Positions 27,162 to 40,490 of a DNA stretch of 64,000 nucleotides are shown one piece after another. The notes beneath the pieces are model-generated. The model worked only from the letters and a program-made list of their open reading frames with translations, searched no databases and had not been told where the DNA came from. Position 1 is the stretch's first letter. Each line of letters opens with the position of its first letter. A program made the position numbers and the translations under genes. The stretch spans positions 56,298,001 through 56,362,000 of the forward strand of contig NC_045707.1 in the NCBI RefSeq assembly GCF_009834535.1, in the 5' to 3' direction. Origin of the DNA: Camelus ferus. Taxonomy: Eukaryota.

Positions 27162-29399
27162 CTTAAAACATGAGAAGGAAAAATAAATTTTGGAAATTAA
27201 ATGGAAGGTTAAACAATATTTCAGGTGAAGATTTTAAATGTTCATTAGAATACACAGAGCTTTTAAAATGATGAAGTTCTACCTACAAAGTGTTGTTTGC
27301 TTTCTGTTTTCATAACAAATAGTTATTTCCTTTAAAATAAGCAAAATGATTGTGATCTTTTATCAAAATGACATACTTTTGAATTGATTTTCTAGTGTTT
27401 TTGGTTCCTTATCCATTTGAATTTTCTCTAGTCTTTTTTACAACTAGAATTTGCTTAACAACTACTCAAAATAAAGGTTGGACTAATCCAATACAGCATG
27501 CATTACTAGGACAAACATTAATATCTTACTAGTCAAATTTTAAAATTCACTTCACAAATTACCCATCGAAACTTATAAAAAACATTATCATAAAAAACTA
27601 ACTGTTGCAAAGTTGGCATTTCTACTCCAACATCAAAAAAGATTATTCATGCACTGTATCAAATATGGCAATATTAAATTCAATTAAAATTTTTTGTTCC
27701 AAATTTTATAACATGAATTTTATGTAAAAATTCTATGAATGTTACTCCTAATTACCCAAAGCCTAACCTAAATGGATGCATATACAGACTGGGTACCCAG
27801 GCATATACTCCCAGAATCTTGATCAATACACCAAGTTTGTTTTAACTCTTCAGTTCCTTAATTTCCTCATCAGTAAAATGAGGCTAATAATAATATCTCA
27901 CTTCAATGGATTGTTGCAAGACTTTAATAAGTCAATACTAGTAAAGGACTTGGTATAACCTGTGGCATTCAATAAAGGTCGGTAAATGTTTTCTATTTTT
28001 ATCATCATCATGTTATTATAAATTCAAAATAACAGACATTAAGTTGTGAATCAAGTATATTTTTATAACCATCTTTAGAACAGATACAATTGTTTCATTT
28101 CAGTTAGTTTATCAACAAGTTATTTTAGCCCATATAATTTAGTCAGCAGGCAGGGCTGAAGTTGAACCTTTCTAAAGAAAAAACTGTACCTGTAAGTTAC
28201 TTTGACCTGACAGAACATGCAGTTGCTTCAACCACCATTCTCTTCAAAGCAGTTTCTGGAGTGTTGTACAACTGTTTTGCTTTTCTCAATGGTTAGACAG
28301 TTTGGGTAGGTTTTATTTAGATGTTAGGATGTTATAAATGAAATGGAATTCAGACAGGAAGGGTTCATTGCTAATTAAGGGTAAATGACAGAGGTATGAC
28401 TCTCTGTCTTTAAGCTTTGCTTAATTCTCCCCAAAGATAACACAAGAATTTAATCTCATTCTTTAGTGTATTCATTACACAAGATTAGTTAATAATATCA
28501 GTAGGTGGCAAACAAAAATACGCAATCAGTATATCATCCTAACAGTAAAATATTTAAGTACTGCATGTGCGCTGCAGGGTTGTAGCAAGGGAGGGCATGG
28601 GGAATATTGGTTAATTCTGGTTGTTAAAATTGCTAATTCACTAAAGACCCATGCAACAATCTTCCAGCATATCTTTTATTAGTCAAGTTCTTATAGAAGT
28701 TTGGATATAGTTTTGATTATATACTTTCCAGAAGACTTTGAAAAATAAATATATGATAATAAGCACTAAAAACATGTACTTTTTGAAGTCAGGTTAAAGT
28801 AATTGGGGTTGTTTAATCCTAACAAAGTTAAGCTATAACTTACTGATTTCATATACAGGAAAAACTGATGAAGATTACAAAGTTTCCCATAATTAGTGAA
28901 ATCCAAAAATATCTGGGAAAAAGGAAAATTCTCCATTCTAAAATGACCAAATAACAAAACACTGGTTAGTTACGAAACAAGGATTTAAATTTATAAAGAA
29001 TTCTGGTATTTTTTGCTTACTCGTTCTTTAGGGAAGAATTTTTGAAAAATTTAACAAGAGTAGACTATTTTAACTTCAAAGGCTACCAATCACATAAATT
29101 GCATAATGAAAACTTAGCTGACTAGCCTTTGTATTAGTACATCTGTTTGATTTAGGCTTAAAAATGAGTGGAGGGCACTCCATTCTGGAAAACCATAATT
29201 GTCAAACTGTCTGATTTTGTACTCTTGTCATATTTTGATAGCTGTGGAAATCATAAAAGCCTGAATCTAGCTTTGTCTTCTTGGTCCTTTTCATTAATGT
29301 AATCAAATAAGATATGCAGGTTAAGTAAACTATTAAAATTTAATTCTATGTCTTAGAACTTTATATAAATCAAATTAAGGAATTCAAAACTAAAATCAC

Positions 29400-29999
29400 C
29401 TCCAGATCTTTAATAATATCATGTAGTTCTGAATCAGCAGTGATAAAAGATGTTAAAGGTGAATATATATTTGATTCATTTGACTTTGATATCATTTTTC
29501 TTCTCTTTTTATTTGCTTCAGGCATTTTTCTCTTGGGTATTTGGCATGAAGAAGCAGGTTCTATGGCATTAATAGGCAAAAGGTCTCTGAGAGAAAAAGT
29601 ATTTTCAAAACACAAATTTTCTTCTTGATGTGAATAAACGTGTAGGTTTTCCATTTGTTTCCTGATGTTAGAAATTACAGAGCCTGAAAAATCTGGCAAA
29701 AAATCTGAGGTAGACAGCTTTTCTTGATTTGTAGTACTGTTGTTACATACTCCTTCAATATCTGCTTTGCATTTAATTTCATCTTGCACTTTCCTTTCTT
29801 CTGCCATTTGTAATCCCATTTCATTGACATCTAAATTTGACCTCCTATGATAGACTTTCCAATGTTTCTTCAACTTCTTGTTTCTCTCCTCAGCTCCATG
29901 AGTATTGGTATTTGAGGAATCGATTCCATAAACATTTAAGTTATATTTCAAGGACAAAAAGGAGCTCAGGTAGCCTTTTCCAGAACCGAGGTCAATTAT
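29400..29999 (-). CDS. METTL25: METTL25 exon 4 (IIDLGSGKGYLSSFLSLKYNLNVYGIDSSNTNTHGAEERNKKLKKHW...YSPLTSFITADSELHDIIKDLE)
   Basis: Acceptor ttttctttag|ATA, donor GAG|gtgatt; 600 nt, phase 0-0; carries methyltransferase motif I and post-I. Confidence 0.95.
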
Positions 30000-30279
30000 C
30001 TAAAGAAAACCAGAATGAATTAAAAAAATTTTAGTCAGATGGCAATAGCATTCTCAGTTTTTTTTAAAACAAGTAAACAAAGGGTTGCATAATTTTTGCA
30101 AACTGTTGTGCTTTCTAAAAATTTTTTGATTCCTACTAAAACCCAACAACTCTCATAATTTTTATTCACTATTTTAAAGAAATTCTAAGCAGTGTAATAA
30201 TAAGTTGAGGAAAAGACATAAAATACATAAATATGGGAAATAAACTGCCTTTCTTCGTAGACAGCTTGACTGTATCTGC

Positions 30280-31590
30280 AGAAAATTCTGAGAATTTACA
30301 AAAAAGTTAACAGAACTAGTAAGTGAACATAGCAATGTGCCAAGATACAGAATCATTAGCAATTAATAAAGAACCATCAGAACATATACAATATGGTAAA
30401 GAACCAATAGAAAATAAAATTTAAAACCAACTGAATTAAAATAGCATTAAATAGAAACCTAGGAATAAATTTAACAAAGATTATGCAAGACCTATAAACT
30501 GAAAACTATAAAACACTGCACAGAAAAAATTTGAAAGAACTAAATAAAATATAGTATGCTCATGAAACAGCAGACTCAATATTAAGACGGCAATTCTCCC
30601 AAATTGACATACAGATTCAATGCAAACCTAATCAAAACCCCAGCAGGGCTTTTTAAAGAAACTGACAAGCAGATATTACAATTTATATGAGAAGGCAAAG
30701 TACCTAGAATAACCAAAATCATTTTGAAAAGAAAAAGTTTGAAGATTTACACTTATTCAATAACCAATATAAAACTACAGTAATCAAACACCATAAAGAT
30801 GGTATAAAAATAGACACAAAAATCAGTGGAATAAACAGAGTCCAGAAACAGAATATATAAAGAACTCTAACAACTCAATAATAAGACAAGCAAGCAACTA
30901 AAAAATGGGCAAAACACTGGAACACACACTTCACAAAACAAGATATACAAATGGCCAATAAGAAAATATGCCCAACATCATTATGCTTCAGGGAATCGCA
31001 AACTAAAATCAAAATGAGATATACACAAATATAAAGTGGTACAGTCACTTTGGAAAATATCAGCAGTTTACCACAGAGTTAAAACATATACTTACACTAG
31101 ATGATCTACAAATCCCACTTTGGGTTATTTACCCAAGAAAAATGAAAACGTGTCTACACAGTCTTCTATGTGAATATTCACAGCAGCCAAAAGAAATGGT
31201 AACAACTCAAATGTCCATCAACTAATGAATGGAGAAACAAATTGTGGTATATCCTTTCTATAGCATACTACCCCCAAAAACATGGAACAAGGAGTAAATG
31301 CACACAACATTGATGACTCTCAAAAGCTATGTGCTAAAGTCAAGTCAAACACAAAAATGTACATACTATTTGATTCCATTTTTACAATTTTCTAGAAAAG
31401 TCAAAACCACAAGCAGAGAGCAGTGGTTCCCTAAGAATGGAGGAGGAAATATCTTGCAAAAGGGTATGAGGAAACTTTTTATGGTGACAAATATTTTTTA
31501 TTACAGTGGTTAAACAACTGCATACAAGTACCAAGTTCATCAAAGTGTACACCTAGAACTGGTGAATATGTAAATTATACCTCAATAAAA
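30280..31590 (+). mobile_element. Old L1 (L1M-type) ORF2 C-terminal and 3' UTR fragments with internal deletions
   Basis: acctaggaataaatttaacaaaga, acagattcaatgcaaacctaatcaaaaccccagcagg, aactcaaatgtccatcaactaatgaatgga, ending in tgtaaattatacctcaataaa. Confidence 0.88.
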
Positions 31591-32939
31591 CTAAGAATGA
31601 TACAAGAAATATAAAATTACCAAGACTGTTACTGTATTACCATGTCATTTCATAAGAAATAAATGGACAATTACAGAAATCCTATCATAAGAAACCACTA
31701 TCTAATCTCATTATACCTATCTTTAATTCCTAAAATCAATTAAACCCTAACATAAGTATGAGTCGCTCCAGGAAAATTTCCTATATTTGAAATAATGCAT
31801 ATTATCAAATCCTCAAAAATTTCAAAACTGCAATTAAAGTAGTTCATAGGTAAGACTCCAGTAAATGATGTCTCCTAAATAAGTGTCTAGTTTACAAATA
31901 ATTTCCTGTGCCCCCTCCTTTTTTTTTTTAATGTCTAATACGTAGGCTAGGTATTATGGGAAATACAGAAAAATTATACATCTTGATTTTAAGGAACTAC
32001 AATCTAACGAAAGTTACCACACCCATACTCAAGAATATAAGGACTATACAGCAGAAACTCTGTTAATCAATTTCCTCATATCTGAATCTCCAGAGAAAGC
32101 AAAGCTCTCTATCCCTTTTCTTCTACAAAACACATTCACTGATGCCAACGACAGGCTTAATGCTGGCGACCAGCGGGATGCTTGTAAGCACCAGCACATT
32201 TGTTCCCACCAATACAGATGTCTTCTTATCAAGAGGTAATTGATTTGTTCCCAGATCTGTTTGTAAAAATTCCACTTGTTAATCAGGAAAATTCTGGCTG
32301 CAAGTAACGGAACATCAAGTTTCAAACAATGAAGAAAATTCATCTCACTTAAGAAATCTGGCAGTAGACTGGCTGAATCATTCAGAGGCTCAACCACATA
32401 TGGCCACTGGACCAGCTTATTTATAAATCCTCTGGTAGCAAGATGGCTGTGAAAACTCTAAGAATCATGTCTTCACAATATAGTATCTAAAAACCTTTCC
32501 GGTAATAGGCACATTTTCTTAGAAAATCTATCAGTTGACTTATATCTTATTGACCCAAATTGATTTTTATCCCTTTCCAAATTGACCTTTTAGTAACATA
32601 TACAGTTTTAGCTATAGAATGAGAAACTGCAATTAAAGGTTATATAATCATACACATTTTTTACCTTCAAACTATCTGATCTGAATGGTAAAATCTCCAC
32701 TATCCTGATCTCTTACCCCTTGCTCACAACAGTCTTCTTTCCTGGATCAAAGATAAAGGAGCCTCCAGTCTAATACCTGGTGGGAGGTATCTTCTAGTCT
32801 CCTAATTCCACTGAGAAGACTTTCTCAGAAACAATGCTACAGATAGTGGTTATATTCCTTAATAATATTAGTGTGGTACTGTATTTTAGATAGAAGAGCT
32901 GTATTTTGTAGACTGACCTAGAGATCTAAGTACCCCTTG

Positions 32940-34135
32940 AGGCTAATCACTTTCAAGTTTGTAACTCCAGTATGGAATTCTAATATGAGCTTCATACTCA
33001 TATATGCAACAGTGTACCTAATATTCCCACTTGAATATCTAATAAGGATCTCATTTAACATGTTCAAAACTAAGTTCTTGATAGTCTCTGTAAGACCTGC
33101 CCCTCCCATAATCTTTTCCATCATAGTTAATAATATTTCCATCATTCCAGGTGGAGAAGAGGGCTATTTTCTTTCTCTCATACCCTCCATCTGATTTGCA
33201 AACAAATCCATGGTCTTACCCAAGGATATGTCATACCAACTGCAGTCTAAGCCTGGGCTATTGCAACAGCCTCCTCAGTGATCTCCTTGCTCCCACCTTT
33301 TCCACCTTGAGTCTGTTCTCAGGAGAGCAAAAAAAGTCTGATCATACCACCCCTCTTAGTAAAATCTCATCACTTCCCTAATCTCATCTCCCGATACTGA
33401 CCTCCTTTGTTATTGAGATTTTTGCCTCAACTCTGAAAGCACATGCTCAGGTAGGAGCTAATTTCTAAAAAGAACCAGCCTGAATGTCTACAAAGACTAT
33501 GGTGAAGAGTGCAATATAATGGAAATATTTGCTTCACAACACTCCTCAACACAGTTGTCAGGGTGATCCAGTGGTTCCAACGGCGCCCCATTCTCACTCA
33601 GGGTAAAAGCCCAAATCATCACAATGGTTTCTGTACCTTCATGACTTGCTTCTACCAGCCCAACCTCAGCTCCTACTACTGTGCCCTTGCTGTCACCGCC
33701 GGAGTTAATTGGCTTCTTGGCTGTTTCAAGAATACACCAAGTGTATTCCCGCTTTAGGGCCACTGAACCTGTTATTCCCTCTATGTAAAAAGCTTTTTCA
33801 TCCAGATTGTCTCATAGATAATCCCCTTATGTCTTAACTCAAATGTTACCTTTACAATGAGGTATTACTTGCCCCTCCCTTCCTAACTGAAAGCTTTAAT
33901 CTTACATCCCTGATTTAGCTACTTCCTTTTCACTTATTTTTTTCTCTTTAAAGTGTATCAACGTATACAATAAAATATACTCATAATGGTTTTATTATCT
34001 CTCTCTCCTTATTAGAATATAAGTGCCATGAGCACAGAGATAGGCTTTGCTTTATTCACTCCTGTATCCTCAGCATCTGTAACAGCACCTGACACATGGC
34101 AGGAGCTTAAAAAGTACTTTATAAGTGAATGCATG
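32940..34135 (+). mobile_element. L2 LINE fragments (interrupted)
   Basis: catttaacatgttcaaaactaag, gcctgggctattgcaacagcctcc, tagaatataagtgccatgag...tgtatcctcagcatctgtaacagcacctgacacat...gtgaatg. Confidence 0.75.
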
Positions 34136-34393
34136 CACGCAGGTATGAAGGAAGGAGCATGTTTAAGAAATAAAAATTAAGAAGTAAGAAGACTTGGTAA
34201 TGTGACTAACAGAGGCAAAGTTTTTGCCATGTAGGGAGCAATATGGTTGAGGCTAAAATGATTTTTTTTTTTCCTTCTCTAGTTGTCTATGGTCACTTGT
34301 AAAGTTAAGACTGCAGAGTCTGGGTTTCCAACTATCTCCATGAAATCTGTATTTACTAAATTTGAATTTTTAAATTAAACATAGTAATATATA

Positions 34394-34623
34394 GGGGGGC
34401 GGGAAGGGACAGACTGGGATTTCAAAATGTAGATTAGATAAACAAGATTATACTGTATAGCACAGGGAAATATATACAAGATCTTGTGGTAGCTCACAGC
34501 AAAAAAAAAATGTGACAATGAATATATGTATGTTCGTGTACAACTGAAAAATTGTGCTCTACACTGGAATTTGACACAACATTGTAAAATGACTATAACT
34601 CAATAAAAAAAGTTAAAAAAAAA
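34394..34623 (+). mobile_element. Young 5'-truncated L1 3' end (camelid/cetartiodactyl type) with polyA tail and perfect 11-bp TSD
   Basis: tatactgtatagcacagggaaatatatacaagatcttgtggtagctcac...ttgtaaaatgactataactcaataaaaaa; TSD AGTAATATATA at 34383-34393 and 34624-34634. Confidence 0.9.
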
Positions 34624-36611
34624 AGTAATATATAATACATTTTAAACTTAACTATTTTGAGAATCAAATATTGCTATTAAGTAATTTCAAGAGAAAGACC
34701 CTGTAAGTCTTAATTTCAGGTTATTTCACTCTCTAGGAACAATCTCCATTACTATGAAAAAAGTTCCTTTAGAGCAGGTCTAATATGAACATTATGCTAC
34801 TATAAATTTTTTTTCTCTGCATTTTAGAAATAAAATAAATCTGCCTTATTAATTTAAGGCTATTGATGATATAATATTTCATATAAATAAAAGAATAAAT
34901 GTAGTCAAAATGTAAAGTTATGAAGCATAACAATAAACACCCCTTTCAGATTTGAACATAAGTGATTTATCTGGGAGTGAAAAAAACACCTGATAGGAAA
35001 ATAGAGAAGAGAAGGAAGACAAAGAAATAAAAGCCCCAATAAAAGGTGTGTTCTGAAGCAAAATACCACTTTAGGACAACCTGGGTTTAATTGCACTGGG
35101 AAACTCTAAGAGCTAGTGCAGAACGTATACCTCAGAATCATTCCACCTGGAAAGTCCGGGAGTTGATGTATTTATCAGCTTGTATCAGTCATTGATTCAA
35201 GGACGCTCACAGGGAGGAACTAATCCCCAGAACCTGTATGCAGGCAGTGCCTTGCTTCAGCAGCCAGAGAAAACCCACAGGGAAAGAAATGTAGGAAGTG
35301 CCAGGTAGAAAGCAGGCTGGCACACCGTGAAATGGTAAAGCCTGAGTGTGTTTGGGTAAAGCATCCAGGAGCATCTGCTGTACCCATGAACCTACCAGCC
35401 GTCCTAAGAACTAGAATGTTAGTATTTCCACTGCATATAACAATGCTTTTTTCCACATCCCATCCCCCTGTTTCTCCTACCAGAGGTAAGAACTATTCTC
35501 AAATTATTATTTATGATTTCCTTGCTTATTTAGTAGTTTTTTGCATATTTTTTTGCATTAAGAACATATCATTATTTTGCTTAAGAGCTTTTTTTTTTAA
35601 AAAAGGTACCATAAACTATGTAGTCTTCTGTAAATTGCTTATTCTTCCCATTCAGTTTTATGTTTCTAATATTCATCCATGTGTTATGTACGGCAACAGT
35701 TTGTTAAGTTTTACTATGTACTCGCCCCTTCTACTCCAGCTGAGAGTCACTGCCGTGGTGAGCCTGTTGCTGATTCTGATGGGTGCTACCTACGTGTGAT
35801 GTACTGGAGAAAAGGTTGAAAACCACTGCCTTAGCTCTTGTCTCTGGTCTCTGCCCTACAGAGCTGTGTTGCCATAAGTGGCTCTGCATGCCTGGCCCAG
35901 GCTGTGATAGTTTTCTAATCACCCTCAAACTCTCCACAGGTCTGGAAGAATCGATGGAAAAGATTCTAACACCTAATAAAAACTGAAGAAGGGAAAATCC
36001 CCTATTACCCCCATAGATGTTCTTGTAGGCATAAGAAAAATAACTTACTATTTTTATAGGCTAATGTAGGCAATCACTGATTTTACTTTAACATCTGTTT
36101 TTAGACATTACTACCTTTCACAAAAGCTATTTTTCACAACAGGAATGCATTATAATTCTGACACTGTGAAAGAATCCAAGCTCTAAAACACAGTTTCTTT
36201 GTGTTACTATGATGAGGCAGGTGCCCCAGATTACAGCTTGGTAACCCAGGTCCTTGAGAACACCTAGTAGCAAATAATTTTGCAGAATGTCATATTCATA
36301 ATGCTGGCTCGAGTTGGAGTTACAACATATCAAAGAGAATTACCATTAACTTCTATCCAATCTGAAAAGAGTGAAATTTATGGCAAAACATTGATAGTCA
36401 TATCTTACTTTTAGTATGTATTTGTTATAACTACAGTGTATTGGGAAATGAGAGTGTACATTTAAAGAATCAGATATGATGTGACCTATCTCACATCAGC
36501 TATTACTTAATGGCATTTAAAGGCTAGACAGTGACAGTAGAAAAGGAAATTTAATGATACCAAAAAATAGCAATAATTTTAGCACCTAAAAACACAGGGC
36601 AATACTCTTAC

Positions 36612-36718
36612 CTGCTTTATTCCGCAGTAATCAGCAATACTGCTGATGAGCTCTGACATTGCCTGAACTTCATGAGATTTTTTCAAATTCATAAACTCAT
36701 CTGGCTTCATATTTTCAT
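36612..36718 (-). CDS. METTL25: METTL25 exon 3 (DENMKPDEFMNLKKSHEVQAMSELISSIADYCGIKQ)
   Basis: Acceptor ttttgttcag|, donor CAG|gtaaga; 107 nt, phase 1-0; contains the family KKSHEV motif. Confidence 0.95.
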
Positions 36719-37194
36719 CTGAACAAAAATAAAACAAAATACTGCCATTAAAGAAACAAAATTTAGCAAGAATCATCAGCTGATGTTCATGTTTTCTATA
36801 ATTAAATATGAAAATAATATAGACCTCCTACTGTGGTGTCTCTATGATAGATCTCTATAGTTCAGCTGTTATGAATCAAATTTGCATTGATAAAATAAGA
36901 TGACCCACAGAACATTATTAAAAATGTCCCTTGACACAGAAAACAATTAACTATAAAGAAGAAGACTGATAACTAGACTACAATGTAGGAAAAACGTGGA
37001 GATCTATGACTAAGTTGTCCTGTTTAACATGATGCATGAGAAAATCTACTTGTTTAGCACAAGTAGTCTACCAGGGCTCACGATACAAGGTCTAACAGCA
37101 AACTAAGGCCATGTTGGAAATACATACATATATGACCAATATATTGCTTCTAAATGCCTAAAAAACATACATACACACACACAAACACACTTAC

Positions 37195-37359
37195 CGGTTT
37201 TCTGTTTTTGATTTCCTTGAAGGGCTACAAGCAACTGTTCAAAAGGAGTACATATTCCCAAGTTTTGTATAGAATAATATTTTGCAGCCAGAGCAAAGGC
37301 TTCCACATTCACCAGCTTCTGGGAAGTTTCACAAAATATTTTTGGAAAATCAGTAATAC
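37195..37359 (-). CDS. METTL25: METTL25 exon 2 (ITDFPKIFCETSQKLVNVEAFALAAKYYSIQNLGICTPFEQLLVALQGNQKQKT)
   Basis: Acceptor tttttttag|GT, donor CCG|gtaagt; 165 nt, phase 1-1. Confidence 0.95.
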
Positions 37360-40249
37360 CTAAAAAAATCAGGATAAAAAAAGAAATATTAGCAGTAATT
37401 GAATAATTAATAGTTAATCTGAGATTTAAAAAACAAGAAATGAAAAACACCAATCTTTATAACAAATTATAATATTTTCATTTTGGTGTGAATTTTGGCA
37501 ATATCATTAATGGTTCCATTATATTTGTTATTTAAACTATTAGCTATCTGTAGCTCTTAGTTTTCCCTTAATGCACTAGACAATTACACACTTAGATTCC
37601 AAATTAAAATTTGGCCTTGTTCTTGTTGTTGTTTCAAGCCAAAAGAAAAGAAAAAAGTTTAAAATGTTTTAAACTGTAATGTGGTCATTAAATTTATGAA
37701 TGGCCCTACCTGATGGACAACTGTGAATTTAAAGGAGTTCAGTCCATGCAATACTCTTACTCCCTGTCCACACTTCATGTAGGACAATGGCAATATCCCC
37801 AATGAAATAAATGTTATTGTATATATGTGTTCAGGCACTGCCAATATGAATTCTAAAACAAATCAGGTCATGATTAGGTGAAAACAGTTCATTTTCTTCC
37901 CATGGTCAGTTTTAAACCATTGTCTAAGTTTCACGTAGAAACTATCAACAGTGGCCGAACGCTCACTCATTTAGAAGAGTATGGTGAACTGTCACACTGT
38001 CCATAACAGCCAGTGTTCCTCTCTGGACACATCCTGTTGAAAGCAGATGGGACTACATCTCACCAAGGTGAACTATGCCATTTTCAGGCAGAAGTTTTAA
38101 GAGTATCAGAAGATTCATTACACTTTTTTTCCCCAGAACTATTATCGTTGAAGCATGTTTTAGGACGGAAACTGCCTCAGCCCGATTCCCCACGTGACGA
38201 CAACAAAGACATCACTGCTGTCAAATTACAATGACCAGCAACATACATGACAAGGTAACTTCATTGTTCTTAGTCGCTGAGTTTTTAGGCTTATTACTCC
38301 AGCATAATCTTGCCTATTCTAATACACAACAGTATAGTTTTGCTTTTTATTTGTTCAATTTCATTTTACTATAGCCATTTTTAATGCATGTTAATTCATG
38401 AAGGTCAAAAAAAGGCATTCCAATTTGTATGTAAGGGTTCAAAGGAACTTTGGATGAAGAAGTCCAATTGAGTCCACTTACTGAAAATTATGTTTAATAA
38501 TTAAAAGCCCCTATATATTCAATGGCTAAATAAAGTACTTAAAATGTACCCCTTACAAAAGCATGGTGCCAATCAGGAAACAACTTTCGTTCTGCCAGAA
38601 AAACAATACCATATGCTATGAAGTCTATTCTTGCAGAGCTGATCCTCCAAAGAAACTTATGAAATTATAAAAACCTACTTAAACACACATGTATCTTTTT
38701 AAAGCTAGTATCTATTAAGTTGATGGTACTAATATTCACAAATTAATTAATGAGAATAAAAAAAGAGATGCATAACTTCCATTCCTGAATCAATTAAACA
38801 GAAATTTAAACTACAAGAATACTACAGTGAATTCATTTAAGATACATATTTTCTATTATAGAGAGTTCTTTGGACACTTTGCAAACTGAATTTACTAATG
38901 CAGCCAAAAGTAATAAAATCCACATCAAAATATTTAGGCATGATACAGAGGGGGAAACTCAGTCAACTATTAAGTGAGACTCTCAAGTTTAAGGGCAGTC
39001 TCAACATCCCCAAGTTCCAGGGCAGCAATTTCTTAGAGTGTGATAGAATAAGAGTATTAAATCTCAAAGTGCAGAGGGACTATTATAATAGTCAGTTATT
39101 GGACAATGTTGCCAACAGAAAGAAATGTGATGTTTCTGTTGGAAAAGCAAAGGTTCAAATCAATTTAAGTATCCTACTGAAAATACTTGAAAAAATTCCA
39201 ATCCAAGCTGAATTAAATGTTGTTAATTTGTTTTTAATTACAGGCCTTCTAGTAATTTCAGAAAGAGTCTAAATTGCAAAGATATTATCTTTTGAACAAC
39301 GCCCACTTTTATAAAATGGATAGTGTTCTGATTCAGTCCATTAGTTTATGCCATTTAGGGCTATGCCAGTCTATTCAGTTAGTCTAGAACTCTGTGAAAA
39401 AAATCTTTCTGAATTATGAAAATATAGCTTCTGTACTTTCTTTGTTTTCAAATGATCCAGCCTGTAACTGTCATTACTTGCAATTTTTAGAGATTCAGAG
39501 AGACAGAGAGAGGTGTCAACGATTTTTGTCTTTACTTCTACCCCTGAAACAGTATGTGAGAAAAGCTACCTGGCAATGGTAATGGTGCATATAGTCCTCC
39601 AAACGCATCCCTAGGTACTTGCATATCGAGTTTGGGTTTGGCAAATAGCAAAACAGAAACCACAGCATCACCCAACTTATCATTTAGTTAATTCTTAGTT
39701 AGTTAGATTTTTTTTACACAGGGAAGGCTTTGTTTTTAAATTTGATGCCCATTTCACCTGTATATTATGTGACTTGATTATTTTGCCAACAACTCCCTCT
39801 ACTGGAAGTACCAGTGCTGCTTTCTTACATGTTTTGTCTTTATTTACTCTAAGTTTTTGTACACCCTACACTACTCCATAGATGTTTCTTATAAGACAGA
39901 TTATTTGAGCATGAGGGAGTGAGGAGAGCAAAGAGGCAAGAGAGAAGTTATTTCTATAGATATGAGATCAGGATATTCCTGAGTATTCTTTTTTTCCTAC
40001 AGCAGAGATCAACGTACAAGGGAAGACAGAAAAGTTATATATACACATTGAATTATAAAAATCCCAAACTAGAGAAATGAATAATAATGCTTCAAAGCTA
40101 AAGTAGAAACAATCAATGAATATATAATATTTACAGTAAATAAAAATACAATTTTAAAACTAAATGTCTGGTATTTTACTTGAATATTATCTAGCACTTT
40201 AAGGAACACAAAGTACGGCAAGGATTCCCACTATCTCATCACTATTTCG

Positions 40250-40490
40250 GCTAACATTTATTGTACATATACTATGTGCCACGCAATGTGCTAAACAGTT
40301 TCCACTGAATGGAACAGACCGATAAGCTAGTTACATAGTGCTCCTATCCCCATTTACTGAGGAAGAAACAAGACTCAGAGAGGCTGCAATTTAGCCAAGC
40401 TCCCACAAACACTAAGTAGCAAAGCGTGTGAACCAAGGCTGTATTCAGACCTTGCTCTGAATTCCCACATTTTGATCACCACGCCACAGC
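40250..40490 (-). mobile_element. MIR SINE
   Basis: gctaacatttattg...tactatgtgcca...ccccatttactgaggaagaaacaagactcagagagg. Confidence 0.7.

Noticed and set aside
29370..29957. 195-aa ORF as a stand-alone gene
   Set aside because: It is the body of METTL25 exon 4 plus read-through into the intron, and its start is a TTG within the exon.
35332..35799. 155-aa hydrophobic ORF
   Set aside because: It spans T-rich antisense old L1 and other repeat debris; the hydrophobicity reflects base composition.
38898..39272. 124-aa plus-strand ORF in METTL25 intron 1
   Set aside because: No recognisable domain, no retrogene hallmarks (polyA, TSD), and a length compatible with chance.
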